Positions 26,993 through 36,170 of a stretch of DNA of 64,000 bases are shown one piece after another. The translations under genes and the position numbers were made by a program. Under the pieces are notes generated by a model that was not told where the DNA came from, did not search any database, and was given only the letters and a program-made list of their open reading frames with translations. The stretch is from positions 31,672 through 95,671 of the forward strand of contig CAYMEN010000005.1 in the NCBI GenBank assembly GCA_964389325.1, in the 5' to 3' direction. Origin of the DNA: an uncultured bacterium (GTDB taxonomy: Bacteria > Muiribacteriota > Ozemobacteria > Ozemobacterales > Ozemobacteraceae). The first letter of the stretch is position 1. Each line of letters starts with the position of its first letter.

Positions 26993-27424
26993 TCAATCGG
27001 GAAGGATCGAAAACAGTGCGCGGCCGAAATCGATGATCTCGCCTTCCTGAGCGAAAACGGTATCGACGGTTCCGGTGACGGGGGCGATCACCTGGTCCTG
27101 GATGCTGATTCCCCTGATGATCCCGAGCGTCTGGCCCTTGGCGACCTTCGCTCCGGCCTCGATCCGTAGTTTTCCGAAGGAGAACACGCCTACCCGCTCG
27201 GCCGTCACGGAAACAGGCTTCGGTGCTGCATCTTCGGCAACTCCGCCTTCCTGTTCGGAATCCGGGGCCGATGCCACGGCCGAAGCAGGCGTGGAACCCA
27301 GCACCATGCGCACGCTCACGTCCGCCGATTCGATTTCCAGTTCGGCAAAGCCGGCATTGCGCATTTCACCGATGAGCATCCGCAGTCGTGCGGCCAGTTC
27401 CTGTTTATCTGACATGTTTGCCAT
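26993..27424 (-). CDS. accB: Biotin carboxyl carrier protein-like (AccB homolog) with the biotinyl-lysine replaced (EAMKM -> RGISI)
   Basis: Aligns with E. coli BCCP (AELEIES.., ..GQTLGIIRGISIQDQVIAPVTGTV..). Serine sits at the position of the conserved biotin-attachment Lys. Confidence 0.65.
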   Translation of the reverse strand: MANMSDKQELAARLRMLIGEMRNAGFAELEIESADVSVRMVLGSTPASAVASAPDSEQEGGVAEDAAPKPVSVTAERVGVFSFGKLRIEAGAKVAKGQTLGIIRGISIQDQVIAPVTGTVDTVFAQEGEIIDFGRALFSILPD

Positions 27425-27727
27425 CCGTCTGTCCTGATTTGCAAGGTGGGGCGAAGCCGGTGAATGGTAGCATGACGCCGCCGAAGGCGCAAGACAGGCT
27501 CAGGGCGAACGGGCGTTATTCAAACTTCGAAGGGGGAAGAACACGTTTCCGTTTCCCGACAATCCATCGCCGATGTCGTCCGTTTGATGGCGAGGATGCA
27601 TCCGTCACGCGATACGACCGAGCAGGCTTGACTTTCCCCGGACTCGCGTCTATCATTCCGAAATCCGGCCGCACCCCATGAGGGAAGCGACCGAATGACG
27701 AAATCATGAGGAGAAAGGGATCGACCG

Positions 27728-28765
27728 ATGTTGACCAAACGTTTTCTGGTAACCGTACTTTTGCTGGCTGCCACTGCGATGAGCGCCATGGCCGGCGACC
27801 TGATGCAGCTCGTTCCTGAGAACACCGCGTTCCTGCTGAACCTGAATCTGGGCAAGATGTTCTCGACCGAAGCGATCAAGAAGCAGATCGACGACGGCAT
27901 GGCCAAGCAGTCGCCCGATCAGAAGAAAGCCTACGACGAGTTCGTCACCAAGACCGGCATCGACCCCTTCAAGCACCTGAAGAACGTCGTCGTGTTCGCC
28001 GCCCCCAAATCGGACCCCAAGTCCGAGAAGCAGGATGCCGGCGTCCTCATCGATGGCACCTTCGAAGTCGCCAAGATTCTTGAATCCATCAAGAGCGACA
28101 AGAAAGCCGCCGAAGACGTCTCCATCGAGAAGTATGAAGGCTTCGACGCCGTGAAGGGCAAGAAGGATGCCGACGGCATGGGCGTGTTCCTCGACAACAC
28201 CACTGCCGTCGTCGGAACGCTCCCGGCGATCAAGACCGTCGTCGACGTGAAGAACGCCAAGGGCAAGAACATCGCCGCCAACGCCGCTCTCGGCGGTCTT
28301 CTGAAGAAGGTCGACACCGGCGCCACCCTCTGGGGCGTGGGAATCATTCCGCAGACCCTGAAGGACCAGGCCAAGGCCAATCCGCAGGCCGCCCCCCTCG
28401 CCGCCGTCAACTCCCTGTTCTTCTCCTTCAACTATGATGCCGACCTCACCTTCAACTTCACCGGCGAAGTCGACAAGAAGGAAAACATGGACCAGGTCAT
28501 GACCGCCCTCAACGGCTTCCTCGCCATGATCAAGATGCTCGCCGGCCAGACCCCCGAAGCCGCCGAGGTTCTCAACCTGATCAAGGTCGAAGCCGTCGAC
28601 ACCGCCGCCAAGATCACCCTCAACGTGCCCAAGGCCAAGCTCGACGAAGTCAAGAAGAAGATCGAAGAGCGCATGAAGGCCGCCCCGGCACCGGCCGCCG
28701 GCGAAAAGCCCGCCGAAGAGAAGGCCCCCGAAGCCCCCGCGGCTCCGGCCCCGACCGGCAACTGA
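27728..28765 (+). CDS. Secreted Lys-rich hypothetical protein
   Basis: Signal peptide MLTKRFLVTVLLLAATAMSAMAG. Lower-GC, Lys/Asp-rich. Terminator follows at 28784. Confidence 0.6.
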   Translation: MLTKRFLVTVLLLAATAMSAMAGDLMQLVPENTAFLLNLNLGKMFSTEAIKKQIDDGMAKQSPDQKKAYDEFVTKTGIDPFKHLKNVVVFAAPKSDPKSEKQDAGVLIDGTFEVAKILESIKSDKKAAEDVSIEKYEGFDAVKGKKDADGMGVFLDNTTAVVGTLPAIKTVVDVKNAKGKNIAANAALGGLLKKVDTGATLWGVGIIPQTLKDQAKANPQAAPLAAVNSLFFSFNYDADLTFNFTGEVDKKENMDQVMTALNGFLAMIKMLAGQTPEAAEVLNLIKVEAVDTAAKITLNVPKAKLDEVKKKIEERMKAAPAPAAGEKPAEEKAPEAPAAPAPTGN

Positions 28766-28783
28766 ACCGAATCACGGTGAACG

Positions 28784-28818
28784 ACCGCTCCCCGTTCGCG
28801 GGGGGCGGTTTTCTTTTG
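28784..28818 (+). terminator. Terminator after secreted Lys-rich protein gene
   Basis: ACCGCTCCCCGTTCGCGGGGGGCGGT followed by TTTCTTTTG. Confidence 0.6.
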
Positions 28819-28921
28819 CCCGTCTCCCGAAGGGAATAACGAACTCCCCGCCTCCTGCCGATAATGGGGGGTGATGTGTCGCCAGCTCGGGTTTGCACAG
28901 GATTTCCGGCGTTTTTCCAGG

Positions 28922-30232
28922 ATGTTCGTCATTCCGATCCTGGCGATTGCGCTATTTCTCGCATCTCCGGAGCCTGCCGGCGCCCAACCGTTCGATCTGA
29001 TGATCCCTGACGAGCAGACGGGAGATTCGCTGACCACCGAACTCCGACGCCTCCAGAGCATCGAGCGTGATATCCAGCTCGAGCGCCTGACACAGCCCCC
29101 GCACAAGTTCGACGCTCTGGTCGAGATCGGGAACCTCCGGCTTGAGCAGGGCCGGCTCGAGGAGGCCCAGCGCTTCTTCGAGCAGGCGCTCGAGGTTCAG
29201 CCCGACAACATGCGGGCGAACGAGGGCCTCGCGGCGGTTTTTCTGCGGCAGGGAAGATTCAGCGACACGAAAGCGATCTACGACCGGCTGACGCTCCTGT
29301 ATCCGCTCAGCGACAAGCTTCGCGAGAACCTGGAACACGTCCGCTCACGCCTCAGCTCGGTCGCGGAGATCGGCGTCCGGCTCCACGAGGACAACGCCGG
29401 CCAGACCGAGTTCATCTCGAGTCTCGAGGCGTATTTCCCGTCCTTCACGTATCCGAAGCTGTCGGCCCGGTACCGGCTCGAAACCTGGGCCTACGAGGAC
29501 CGGAACCTCGACGAGACGACCGACAGCCGGATCCTGTCGGGAACCTTCGAATACAGCCTCGATCATCGCACGCGCATCGCCGCGACATTCGCCCCCGAGC
29601 GGTTTTCCGACGAAGACACGATCAACGGGTATTCGTTCCAGGGTGTGACGGGAAACGGCCAGCTCAATCTCGCTGCCTTCGCCGGCCATGGTTCCTACAA
29701 GGAAAATCTCGAGACGGCGCGCCGGCTGCTTTCCGAAGATTACGCGACACTGACCGTCTTTGGAGACCTGCACGAACAGACGCGCATCCAGCAGTCGTTC
29801 ACCACGGGCGACATCTCGGACGGCAACGCCCGGCGAAGGTTCGATACCGAGATCCTGCATTACATCAAGCGCCGCGGCATCCCGTTCCTGTCGCTCCAGC
29901 TCAAGCTTTCCCAGGCGAGCTTCGAGAACCAGCTCGATGCGGGCGGCGCGGCGTACACCTACTGGGCGCCCCGCGATTTTCGCGGCGCCGAGCTGGTCGC
30001 CGGCTGGGAGCGGGCCGTCGGCTCGAACTGGTGGTGGGGCTTCGACACCCGCCTCATCTCGAACTTCTGGCGCGACACGAGCCCGGAAACACGGCGGGAA
30101 AGCGGCCTGGGAGTGACCCTGCACGCCAGCTACCGGTTCGACACCGGCCGGCTGCATGCCGAGTTCGGCAACACCCTCCGCGACTTCACCCGGGAGCGCA
30201 TGCTGGGCGTGTACGGCAGCTTCGATTTCTGA
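28922..30232 (+). CDS. TPR-containing putative outer-membrane beta-barrel protein
   Basis: Signal peptide (MFVIPILAIALFLASPEPAGA). TPR-like segment (LEQGRLEEAQRFFEQALEVQPDNMRANEGLAAVFLRQGR). Alternating hydrophobic beta-strand pattern with C-terminal ..YGSFDF. Confidence 0.55.
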   Translation: MFVIPILAIALFLASPEPAGAQPFDLMIPDEQTGDSLTTELRRLQSIERDIQLERLTQPPHKFDALVEIGNLRLEQGRLEEAQRFFEQALEVQPDNMRANEGLAAVFLRQGRFSDTKAIYDRLTLLYPLSDKLRENLEHVRSRLSSVAEIGVRLHEDNAGQTEFISSLEAYFPSFTYPKLSARYRLETWAYEDRNLDETTDSRILSGTFEYSLDHRTRIAATFAPERFSDEDTINGYSFQGVTGNGQLNLAAFAGHGSYKENLETARRLLSEDYATLTVFGDLHEQTRIQQSFTTGDISDGNARRRFDTEILHYIKRRGIPFLSLQLKLSQASFENQLDAGGAAYTYWAPRDFRGAELVAGWERAVGSNWWWGFDTRLISNFWRDTSPETRRESGLGVTLHASYRFDTGRLHAEFGNTLRDFTRERMLGVYGSFDF

Positions 30233-30236
30233 CGCC

Positions 30237-30473
30237 CTACCAGATCAGCGCGGCAATCCAGCTGATCACGTATCCGCTGATGAACCCGTCGGCGAACGCC
30301 CACGCGGCGCCGTGGATGATGCCGCGCGGCGTCAGGTCGAAGCCCTCGTAGACGATCGCAACGACCAGCAGCCACGGGCTGGGCTCGCCGCTGGTGATCT
30401 CCGCGAGAGCCCAGACCGTCAGAACGGCGGCCCACGCCATCCCGACCAGGATGCCGATCTCGAACGGGGTCAC
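30237..30473 (-). CDS. Small integral membrane protein (78 aa)
   Basis: Two predicted TM helices. ORF tightly between flanking genes. Confidence 0.4.
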   Translation of the reverse strand: MTPFEIGILVGMAWAAVLTVWALAEITSGEPSPWLLVVAIVYEGFDLTPRGIIHGAAWAFADGFISGYVISWIAALIW

Positions 30474-30485
30474 GGTTCTCCTTGA

Positions 30486-31334
30486 TTATATATGTTCGAA
30501 TATAACCGATGCGTATCCGACACCGCGCGGGTGTGCCATGACGTCCATGGAGGTGGCGTAGGCCAGTTTCGTCGCGCGGACGCTCTTTCCCGCCAGCGAG
30601 GCGAGAAAGACGGTGATGGGGATGACGCCGCAGATGCTGCGGTCTTCCCCCACGACCAGCTCGTGAAAGGCCTTCGCGTCGAGCGACAGGATGACGTCGA
30701 GCGCCTCGCCGTCGATCCGGTAGGCTTCGTCGCGCGGCGTTTCATGGGAGAAGTCGGAACTGATGATGCAGACCGTGTCGGTGAACTCGGGTTTCGCGAG
30801 GACGCCGGCGATTGCCTTTCCCCACCGTTCGCACCGGGCATAATCGGCGAAACCGAGGGCGAGGGGTACGATCTTCGGCGGTGTCGCGTGCATGATCTGC
30901 TGGACGAACGGGATCTGGACCTCGATCGAATGTTCGAAGGCATGCGCCGAGTCGTCCCTCGCGAACAACCCCGTCTGCTCGAGAGCGGATCGCAGAGTCT
31001 CGTCGGTTTCGATGCTTCCGAGGGGCGTCATCCAGGTGTCTTCGGCGCTCAGCGCCGCCGAGGCGCCATACGGCGTGTGTTTCGGTCCGAGCATCAGGAG
31101 CCGCTTCGGCGCCGGCTTCTCATCGCCGAGCCGTCGGAACGACCAGCTTGCGACGGGGCCGCTGAACACATACCCGGCATGGGGCACGATCATGCCGGCC
31201 AGTCGCCCGGCCTGGGTGTGATGACGGTCCCGGACGCCAAGCCTGTGCTCGTAGCACTTCCTGATCATCTGGTACAGTTCGGTCGGTTCGTCGGGATAAA
31301 AGCGACCACTTACCGCAGGTTCTCTCACATGCAT
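30486..31334 (-). CDS. AmmeMemoRadiSam system protein B (MEMO1-like)
   Basis: VSGRFYPDEP..MIVPHAGYVFSGPVA..SSDFSHE..VGYASV motifs of the Memo/AmmeMemoRadiSam B family. Start at MHVREPAV. Confidence 0.8.
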   Translation of the reverse strand: MHVREPAVSGRFYPDEPTELYQMIRKCYEHRLGVRDRHHTQAGRLAGMIVPHAGYVFSGPVASWSFRRLGDEKPAPKRLLMLGPKHTPYGASAALSAEDTWMTPLGSIETDETLRSALEQTGLFARDDSAHAFEHSIEVQIPFVQQIMHATPPKIVPLALGFADYARCERWGKAIAGVLAKPEFTDTVCIISSDFSHETPRDEAYRIDGEALDVILSLDAKAFHELVVGEDRSICGVIPITVFLASLAGKSVRATKLAYATSMDVMAHPRGVGYASVIFEHI

Positions 31335-31415
31335 CCTCCTGAGAAAAAATCCTCTCCTCAATTCTACCACCATTTTCGGCCCTCATCGTTGTATAATCCC
31401 TTTGAGGACTCGATC

Positions 31416-32660
31416 ATGATACTGACAAGACACCTTCTTCGAACCATTTTTCTGGCGATCTTCGTGTTCGTGGCCGGCTCGGCCGTTTCGGCTTCCGATC
31501 GGCTGTCGATCGGTCTGGAAGTCCTTGCGACCGGCCACCCCGACCTCGTCGCCGGGAAAAAAATCGCCCTTCTCGTCGGTCTCGCCTCCTACGATCAGAG
31601 CATGCGCCACACGGTCGATCGGCTCGCCCGCGCAACCACGATCAAGTCCATCTTTTCCGGCGATCCGTGGCCCCGCAGGCTGATCGAGTCCGCCTCCGGA
31701 ACGATACAGATCGACGCTCTCACGCAAGCGCCCGTCCGCATCATCCGAGACCCCCTGGAAAAGCCCCGGCCGGAGCAGCTGAACGGCGCCGAATTAATAG
31801 TCATTGATATACAAGACATTGGCATCCGGTTTTTCCAGGCCGTGACTCTTCTCGCCCAGTTTCTCGAACTCGGCAAGCAGGCGGGAATTCCCGTCATCGT
31901 CCTCGACCGTCCGAATCCGATCGGCGCCTCGAAAATTTCGGGGCCGCTTCTCGACGTCCAGTATCGGAGCAGGTTCGGCGTGTATCCGATCCCCCTGGTC
32001 TACGGCATGACGTTCGGGGAGCTCGCTCTTTTCTTCAACAGGGTTTTCGGGCTGAATGCCGATCTCACGGTCGTCGGCATGGAAAACTACCGCCGGAACG
32101 ACACCTACCGGGCCATCGGGCTCCACTGGGCGCTGCCGTCGGAGCATCTTCCCGACCCCGAATCGCCGGTTTACTACGCGACGACGGGGTTTCTGGGCGA
32201 GATGGGCATTTTTTCGACCGGCGTCGGAACGACGCGGCCGTTCCACTATGTCCTCGCGCCCTGGATCGACCCCGATGCGCTGATTTCGAAACTCGCCGTG
32301 CAGAACCTGCCGGGCGTCGCCTTCCTTCCGACCGCGGCACGGCCATATTACGGGCTGTTCCAGCAAAAGCGGGTGCCCGGCATCGAGATCGTCGTGACGG
32401 ACCACCAGGTCTATGATCCCGTGATGACGGGCATTGCCATTCTTCACGCCCTCTGGGCCCTGTATCCCGATAACATTCCGCTCTCGAACCAGACGGCGGC
32501 GGAAGGCGTCGACATTCTGCTGGGCGGTTCCACCATACGGACGGCAATCATCCAGGGCAAAGGGATAGACGAGATCCGCGGCCTCGTCAAAGCGCCCCTC
32601 ACGGATTTCCTGGCGAAACGGAAGCAGTTTCTCATATATCCGGAGGGGCACAAGCCATGA
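31416..32660 (+). CDS. DUF1343-family protein (NamZ-like exo-beta-N-acetylmuramidase family), secreted
   Basis: Signal peptide, then GKKIALLVGLASYD..IVIDIQDIGIRFFQAVTLLAQFLE..IPVIVLDRPNPIG typical of DUF1343. Confidence 0.75.
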   Translation: MILTRHLLRTIFLAIFVFVAGSAVSASDRLSIGLEVLATGHPDLVAGKKIALLVGLASYDQSMRHTVDRLARATTIKSIFSGDPWPRRLIESASGTIQIDALTQAPVRIIRDPLEKPRPEQLNGAELIVIDIQDIGIRFFQAVTLLAQFLELGKQAGIPVIVLDRPNPIGASKISGPLLDVQYRSRFGVYPIPLVYGMTFGELALFFNRVFGLNADLTVVGMENYRRNDTYRAIGLHWALPSEHLPDPESPVYYATTGFLGEMGIFSTGVGTTRPFHYVLAPWIDPDALISKLAVQNLPGVAFLPTAARPYYGLFQQKRVPGIEIVVTDHQVYDPVMTGIAILHALWALYPDNIPLSNQTAAEGVDILLGGSTIRTAIIQGKGIDEIRGLVKAPLTDFLAKRKQFLIYPEGHKP

Positions 32661-33139
32661 GTGTTCCTGCCCGTTCCGTCCGGCCGGGGATGTCGATGGT
32701 CGAGATCATGATCGGCGTCATCATCCTGGCACTGGTTCTGATCCCCTCTTTGAACGTCATCATTTCCGAGACGAAAATCGTCAACGCCACGCGTGACCAT
32801 ACGCAGGCGTCGTTCTTCGCCCAGAAAATTCTCGAGTCGGCCCATGCCTGCAACTTCGATCTGCTCGATGCCAACCAGTATAAAGATGATCCCGCAACCC
32901 AGAAGACCACCTTCGAATATGCCCTGCAGAACAACGAAGACTTCCGCACGGAAACCATCAACGGGATCAAATACGAAGTTGTCAAAAAGGACGATGATCT
33001 CGTCAAGTATGCCGCCGACAAGAACGACCCGGATGTCAGGCCAAACATGGTCTTTCTCTCTTTCACCGTCAAATATATCGGTCAAGATAAGAATCCGCAC
33101 ACGCTCGATATCCATACGGCCATCAACAGGCGCCAGTAA
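32657..33139 (+). CDS. Prepilin-type N-terminal cleavage/methylation domain protein (pseudopilin-like)
   Basis: G-MSMVEIMIGVIILALVL class III signal motif. Start overlaps the NamZ-like stop (ATGA). Confidence 0.7.
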   Translation: MSVPARSVRPGMSMVEIMIGVIILALVLIPSLNVIISETKIVNATRDHTQASFFAQKILESAHACNFDLLDANQYKDDPATQKTTFEYALQNNEDFRTETINGIKYEVVKKDDDLVKYAADKNDPDVRPNMVFLSFTVKYIGQDKNPHTLDIHTAINRRQ

Positions 33140-33159
33140 TCCGAAAGGAAGGGTATTCC

Positions 33160-33804
33160 ATGAGACGTGAAGGTGTGACGCTCATCGAGGTCATGATGGC
33201 GGTCATCGTTCTCGCCCTGCTCCTGACGGCCCTCTATCATACGTTCTCCTCATCCCGCAGGCAGGCGCAGGTGGTCATGCAGGCACACCAGACGAACGAC
33301 GAACTGCAGCGGCTGTTCGACAAGATCACCGACGACATCCGCGAGTCGAACTTCGTTCTCGAAGGAACGCCCCCCAAGGCGAGCCTGGAGCAGTCGAAGA
33401 CGCTGAACTCCGGAGACCCCGCGAATTATATCTCGTTCCATAAAGTGACGTATGATTTTTCCCTTCAACCGAAAAGTCTCGGAGACAACCAGTACAACTA
33501 CACACAGTTGCGCGTCACCTACAAACTCGAGAAGGTCGATCCCGACCAGGCGACGGGCCCGTATATTCTCTGGCGTGAGACGCTGCCGTTCGATGACCGT
33601 CGTCAGGAAGTCACGGCCCAGCGCGCGCGCAAGGTCATGATGGAGAACATCGACGAACTTATTTTCTTCAGGCTCAATGAACCGAACCTGCCGCACCATG
33701 ACAGCGTCTGTATTCGTGCGAGGCTGACAGGCCGTGGCAAAGACAGCACATACGACTCGACGCTTCTGACATCGATCAGGCAAAGGGGGGCCGAACCGCA
33801 ATGA
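33160..33804 (+). CDS. Prepilin-type N-terminal domain protein (minor pseudopilin-like)
   Basis: G-VTLIEVMMAVIVLALLL motif. Confidence 0.7.
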   Translation: MRREGVTLIEVMMAVIVLALLLTALYHTFSSSRRQAQVVMQAHQTNDELQRLFDKITDDIRESNFVLEGTPPKASLEQSKTLNSGDPANYISFHKVTYDFSLQPKSLGDNQYNYTQLRVTYKLEKVDPDQATGPYILWRETLPFDDRRQEVTAQRARKVMMENIDELIFFRLNEPNLPHHDSVCIRARLTGRGKDSTYDSTLLTSIRQRGAEPQ

Positions 33805-36113
33805 ATACCTGTGGGCGCAAAGGATCGGCGATCATCATCTCCGTGGGGCTCGGCTTCGTTCTCCTGATCGTCATTGCCTCGCTCAGGTCGTTCACCTCGT
33901 ATCGCGTGCAGAACACGATCATGGAAAACAGGAACCTCAAGGCCCTCGCCCTGGCCGAAGCCGGGATTTCCTTTGCCATGACGGAGCTGAGCCTGAACAG
34001 CTCGTTCAGGACCCACAAGGTCAAGATCGATGCGGCGCAGAAAAAGCTCCTCTGGGATGAAACCAACCTCCCCACCTGGCAACCGTCCATTGCGAACGAC
34101 AGCGATTTCACCTTCGCCCAGCAGAACACCTCCGGGAAAGGGTCCTACCAGGGCACGCTCGGCGACGGGCAGTTCCGGTTCCGCGTCGGGCTGGTCGAGT
34201 ATGAGGACGACGACCGGACGAAGAACATCGACGAAAGCAAATGCTTTTTCAAGATCGATTCGATCGGCCGGGTCGGAGATACGATGCGCAGCATCTCGTG
34301 CGTGGCGCAGCGCCGGTTCCCGGGCCGCGAGTTCCTGATGTTCGACATGGAGTTTCTCTCGATCGTGTATGGGGAACCCGGCGAGAACAACGTGAACAAG
34401 TTCTCGACCGGCAATCTCTACGGACACCATGGCGTCGAGGTCGGTCAGATTCTTCTTGATGGTCACAGCCCGCTTTCCAACCCCGGAACGAAGCAGGAGC
34501 TCTTCGACATTCACAGCATCATCAGCGGAGCAGGCGGAATTTTCTTCTGGCAGCCGACGAAGGTCACGTTCCGGGCAAGGCCCGGCATGCCCGAAGAAAC
34601 GATCACGATGCCTCAAAGCAACATTCCGTTCCCTCAGCATGGGACGTATTCATCGGCTGAAGGGGAAAAATACGGTGAGGTGCCGGCAGAAATCCGTGGC
34701 AAAACGCCGGCGATTCCCGACACCCTGAAAGAGAAACTCAAGGGGCGTATTCTGGACAAAACCTCTCAGATCAGCCTTTCGCCCGGCGAGCCGCGGTTCG
34801 GCGACCTCAAGAAACAGGCCCAGAGCGGGGGGTATATTCCCGAGAACGACGGATCGAATCCCGCACTGGCATACAAGGTTACCAGCGGCTGGGCGCCTTC
34901 CAACGGAGGGTCGGTGGACGCGCGAGTCCTCGATTTCGGAACGGGGCTTCGCAAGGGCAACCTGACGCTCCCGGCGAATTTCAACGGTGTGATCTACTCC
35001 GACACGAATCTCGTCATCAAGGGAAACCCGCCCCGCGACGTCAAGATCGTCTCGAAGAAGAGCATCTTCGTCGCCGGCGATTTCAATCAGCGAAACAACA
35101 AGTCGAAGAAAGAGGAAAAATACAGTTTTCCCCAGGACTACGAGCAAAGCGCCCTTCTCAGCGACGACTACAAGGAGAAGTCCAGAACCCTGTTGTCGGA
35201 CGACCTGAAGGCAGGCGCCAACCCGGACGACACGGGCAACTACAAGCATCATTTCGCGGCGAACGTGATCGCGAACGAGCGCGTGGTCTACGATTACCGC
35301 AGCCCGGTGGACTGTTTCGAAAACGAAATGTACCCCATCATGAAGTTCGCCCTCGCGAAGGAGTTCATGTCCGAGGCCGACGCCGAGACGAGCATGCTCA
35401 CCCATGCCGGAGACGGGAAAATCACGGCCGACCTGAGCGACGAGGATGCCACGAAAAATAAAATAGCATCGTATTTTGAAAAATTTCCTCTCGCGGACGG
35501 AACCGACAAGTCAGCCCAGGAGGCGATCGCAGATGGCTTCGCGAAGAAGTACAACTCTGCCGACGGCATCAGCGAGGCCGACTTCGAGAAGTTCTGCAAC
35601 GAAGAGATCTGGCCCGCCCACAGGGCGGGGTATGAGGCGAATGTTCTGTCCGGGAACAACGGCGCGTATCAGCTGTTCAACAAGCTCCTCGAAAAGGTCG
35701 AGGGAAAGACCGACAAGGACAACGACTACCTGTATTTTCCCGAGATGACGACGAACGGCATTTTCCAGAGCTGCGGCGTCAGGTCCAACGTTTTCTATAT
35801 GGGTCCGGATTATAGCAAGCGATATGACGAGATCGGACGGTCGCCGTCCTGCCAGGCCGCGGGCGTGGGCCGCGCCTATTGCACGATGGAGCAGATGGTT
35901 CACCGGGTGTATGGCTCCGAGGTCCGGTATGCCACGAACAAGACGCTTCCCAGAATCACCGGCTCGTCCTACCGGCCGCCCACGCGCAGAAAGCTGTACG
36001 ATCCGACGCTTCCATCGCTCGACATCGGCGACGGCAGCGGCGACATGGCTGCGTTCGTGATCCTCACCTGGAAGGACCTGCGCGCCTCTTCCGACGAATT
36101 CACGAATTTCTGA
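33801..36113 (+). CDS. Large (770 aa) PilX/GspK-like N-terminal-domain protein, putative pilus/pseudopilus tip component
   Basis: N-terminal RKGSAIIISVGLGFVLLIVIAS resembles the PilX_N/GspK hydrophobic segment. Long Ser/Asn/Gly-rich beta-rich body. Overlaps the upstream gene by 4 nt. Hairpin downstream. Confidence 0.6.
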   Translation: MNTCGRKGSAIIISVGLGFVLLIVIASLRSFTSYRVQNTIMENRNLKALALAEAGISFAMTELSLNSSFRTHKVKIDAAQKKLLWDETNLPTWQPSIANDSDFTFAQQNTSGKGSYQGTLGDGQFRFRVGLVEYEDDDRTKNIDESKCFFKIDSIGRVGDTMRSISCVAQRRFPGREFLMFDMEFLSIVYGEPGENNVNKFSTGNLYGHHGVEVGQILLDGHSPLSNPGTKQELFDIHSIISGAGGIFFWQPTKVTFRARPGMPEETITMPQSNIPFPQHGTYSSAEGEKYGEVPAEIRGKTPAIPDTLKEKLKGRILDKTSQISLSPGEPRFGDLKKQAQSGGYIPENDGSNPALAYKVTSGWAPSNGGSVDARVLDFGTGLRKGNLTLPANFNGVIYSDTNLVIKGNPPRDVKIVSKKSIFVAGDFNQRNNKSKKEEKYSFPQDYEQSALLSDDYKEKSRTLLSDDLKAGANPDDTGNYKHHFAANVIANERVVYDYRSPVDCFENEMYPIMKFALAKEFMSEADAETSMLTHAGDGKITADLSDEDATKNKIASYFEKFPLADGTDKSAQEAIADGFAKKYNSADGISEADFEKFCNEEIWPAHRAGYEANVLSGNNGAYQLFNKLLEKVEGKTDKDNDYLYFPEMTTNGIFQSCGVRSNVFYMGPDYSKRYDEIGRSPSCQAAGVGRAYCTMEQMVHRVYGSEVRYATNKTLPRITGSSYRPPTRRKLYDPTLPSLDIGDGSGDMAAFVILTWKDLRASSDEFTNF

Positions 36114-36143
36114 GGCACCGGATTTTCCCTCCCGTACATGGCA

Positions 36144-36170
36144 AACCGGATGGATCCCTTCCATCCGGTT
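36144..36170 (+). terminator. Hairpin after the large PilX-like gene (possible terminator; no T-tract)
   Basis: AACCGGATGG-atccctt-CCATCCGGTT perfect 10-bp stem. Confidence 0.35.

Noticed and set aside
25312-27036. 574-aa plus-strand ORF
   Set aside because: It lies antisense to accC.
27425-27727. Possible tRNA or structured RNA in the 300-bp gap (GGGGCGAAGCCGGTGAATGGTAGC...)
   Set aside because: There is no cloverleaf. It lacks the GTTCGAATCC-type T-loop and an anticodon-arm arrangement. It is more likely the accB 5' leader on the minus strand.
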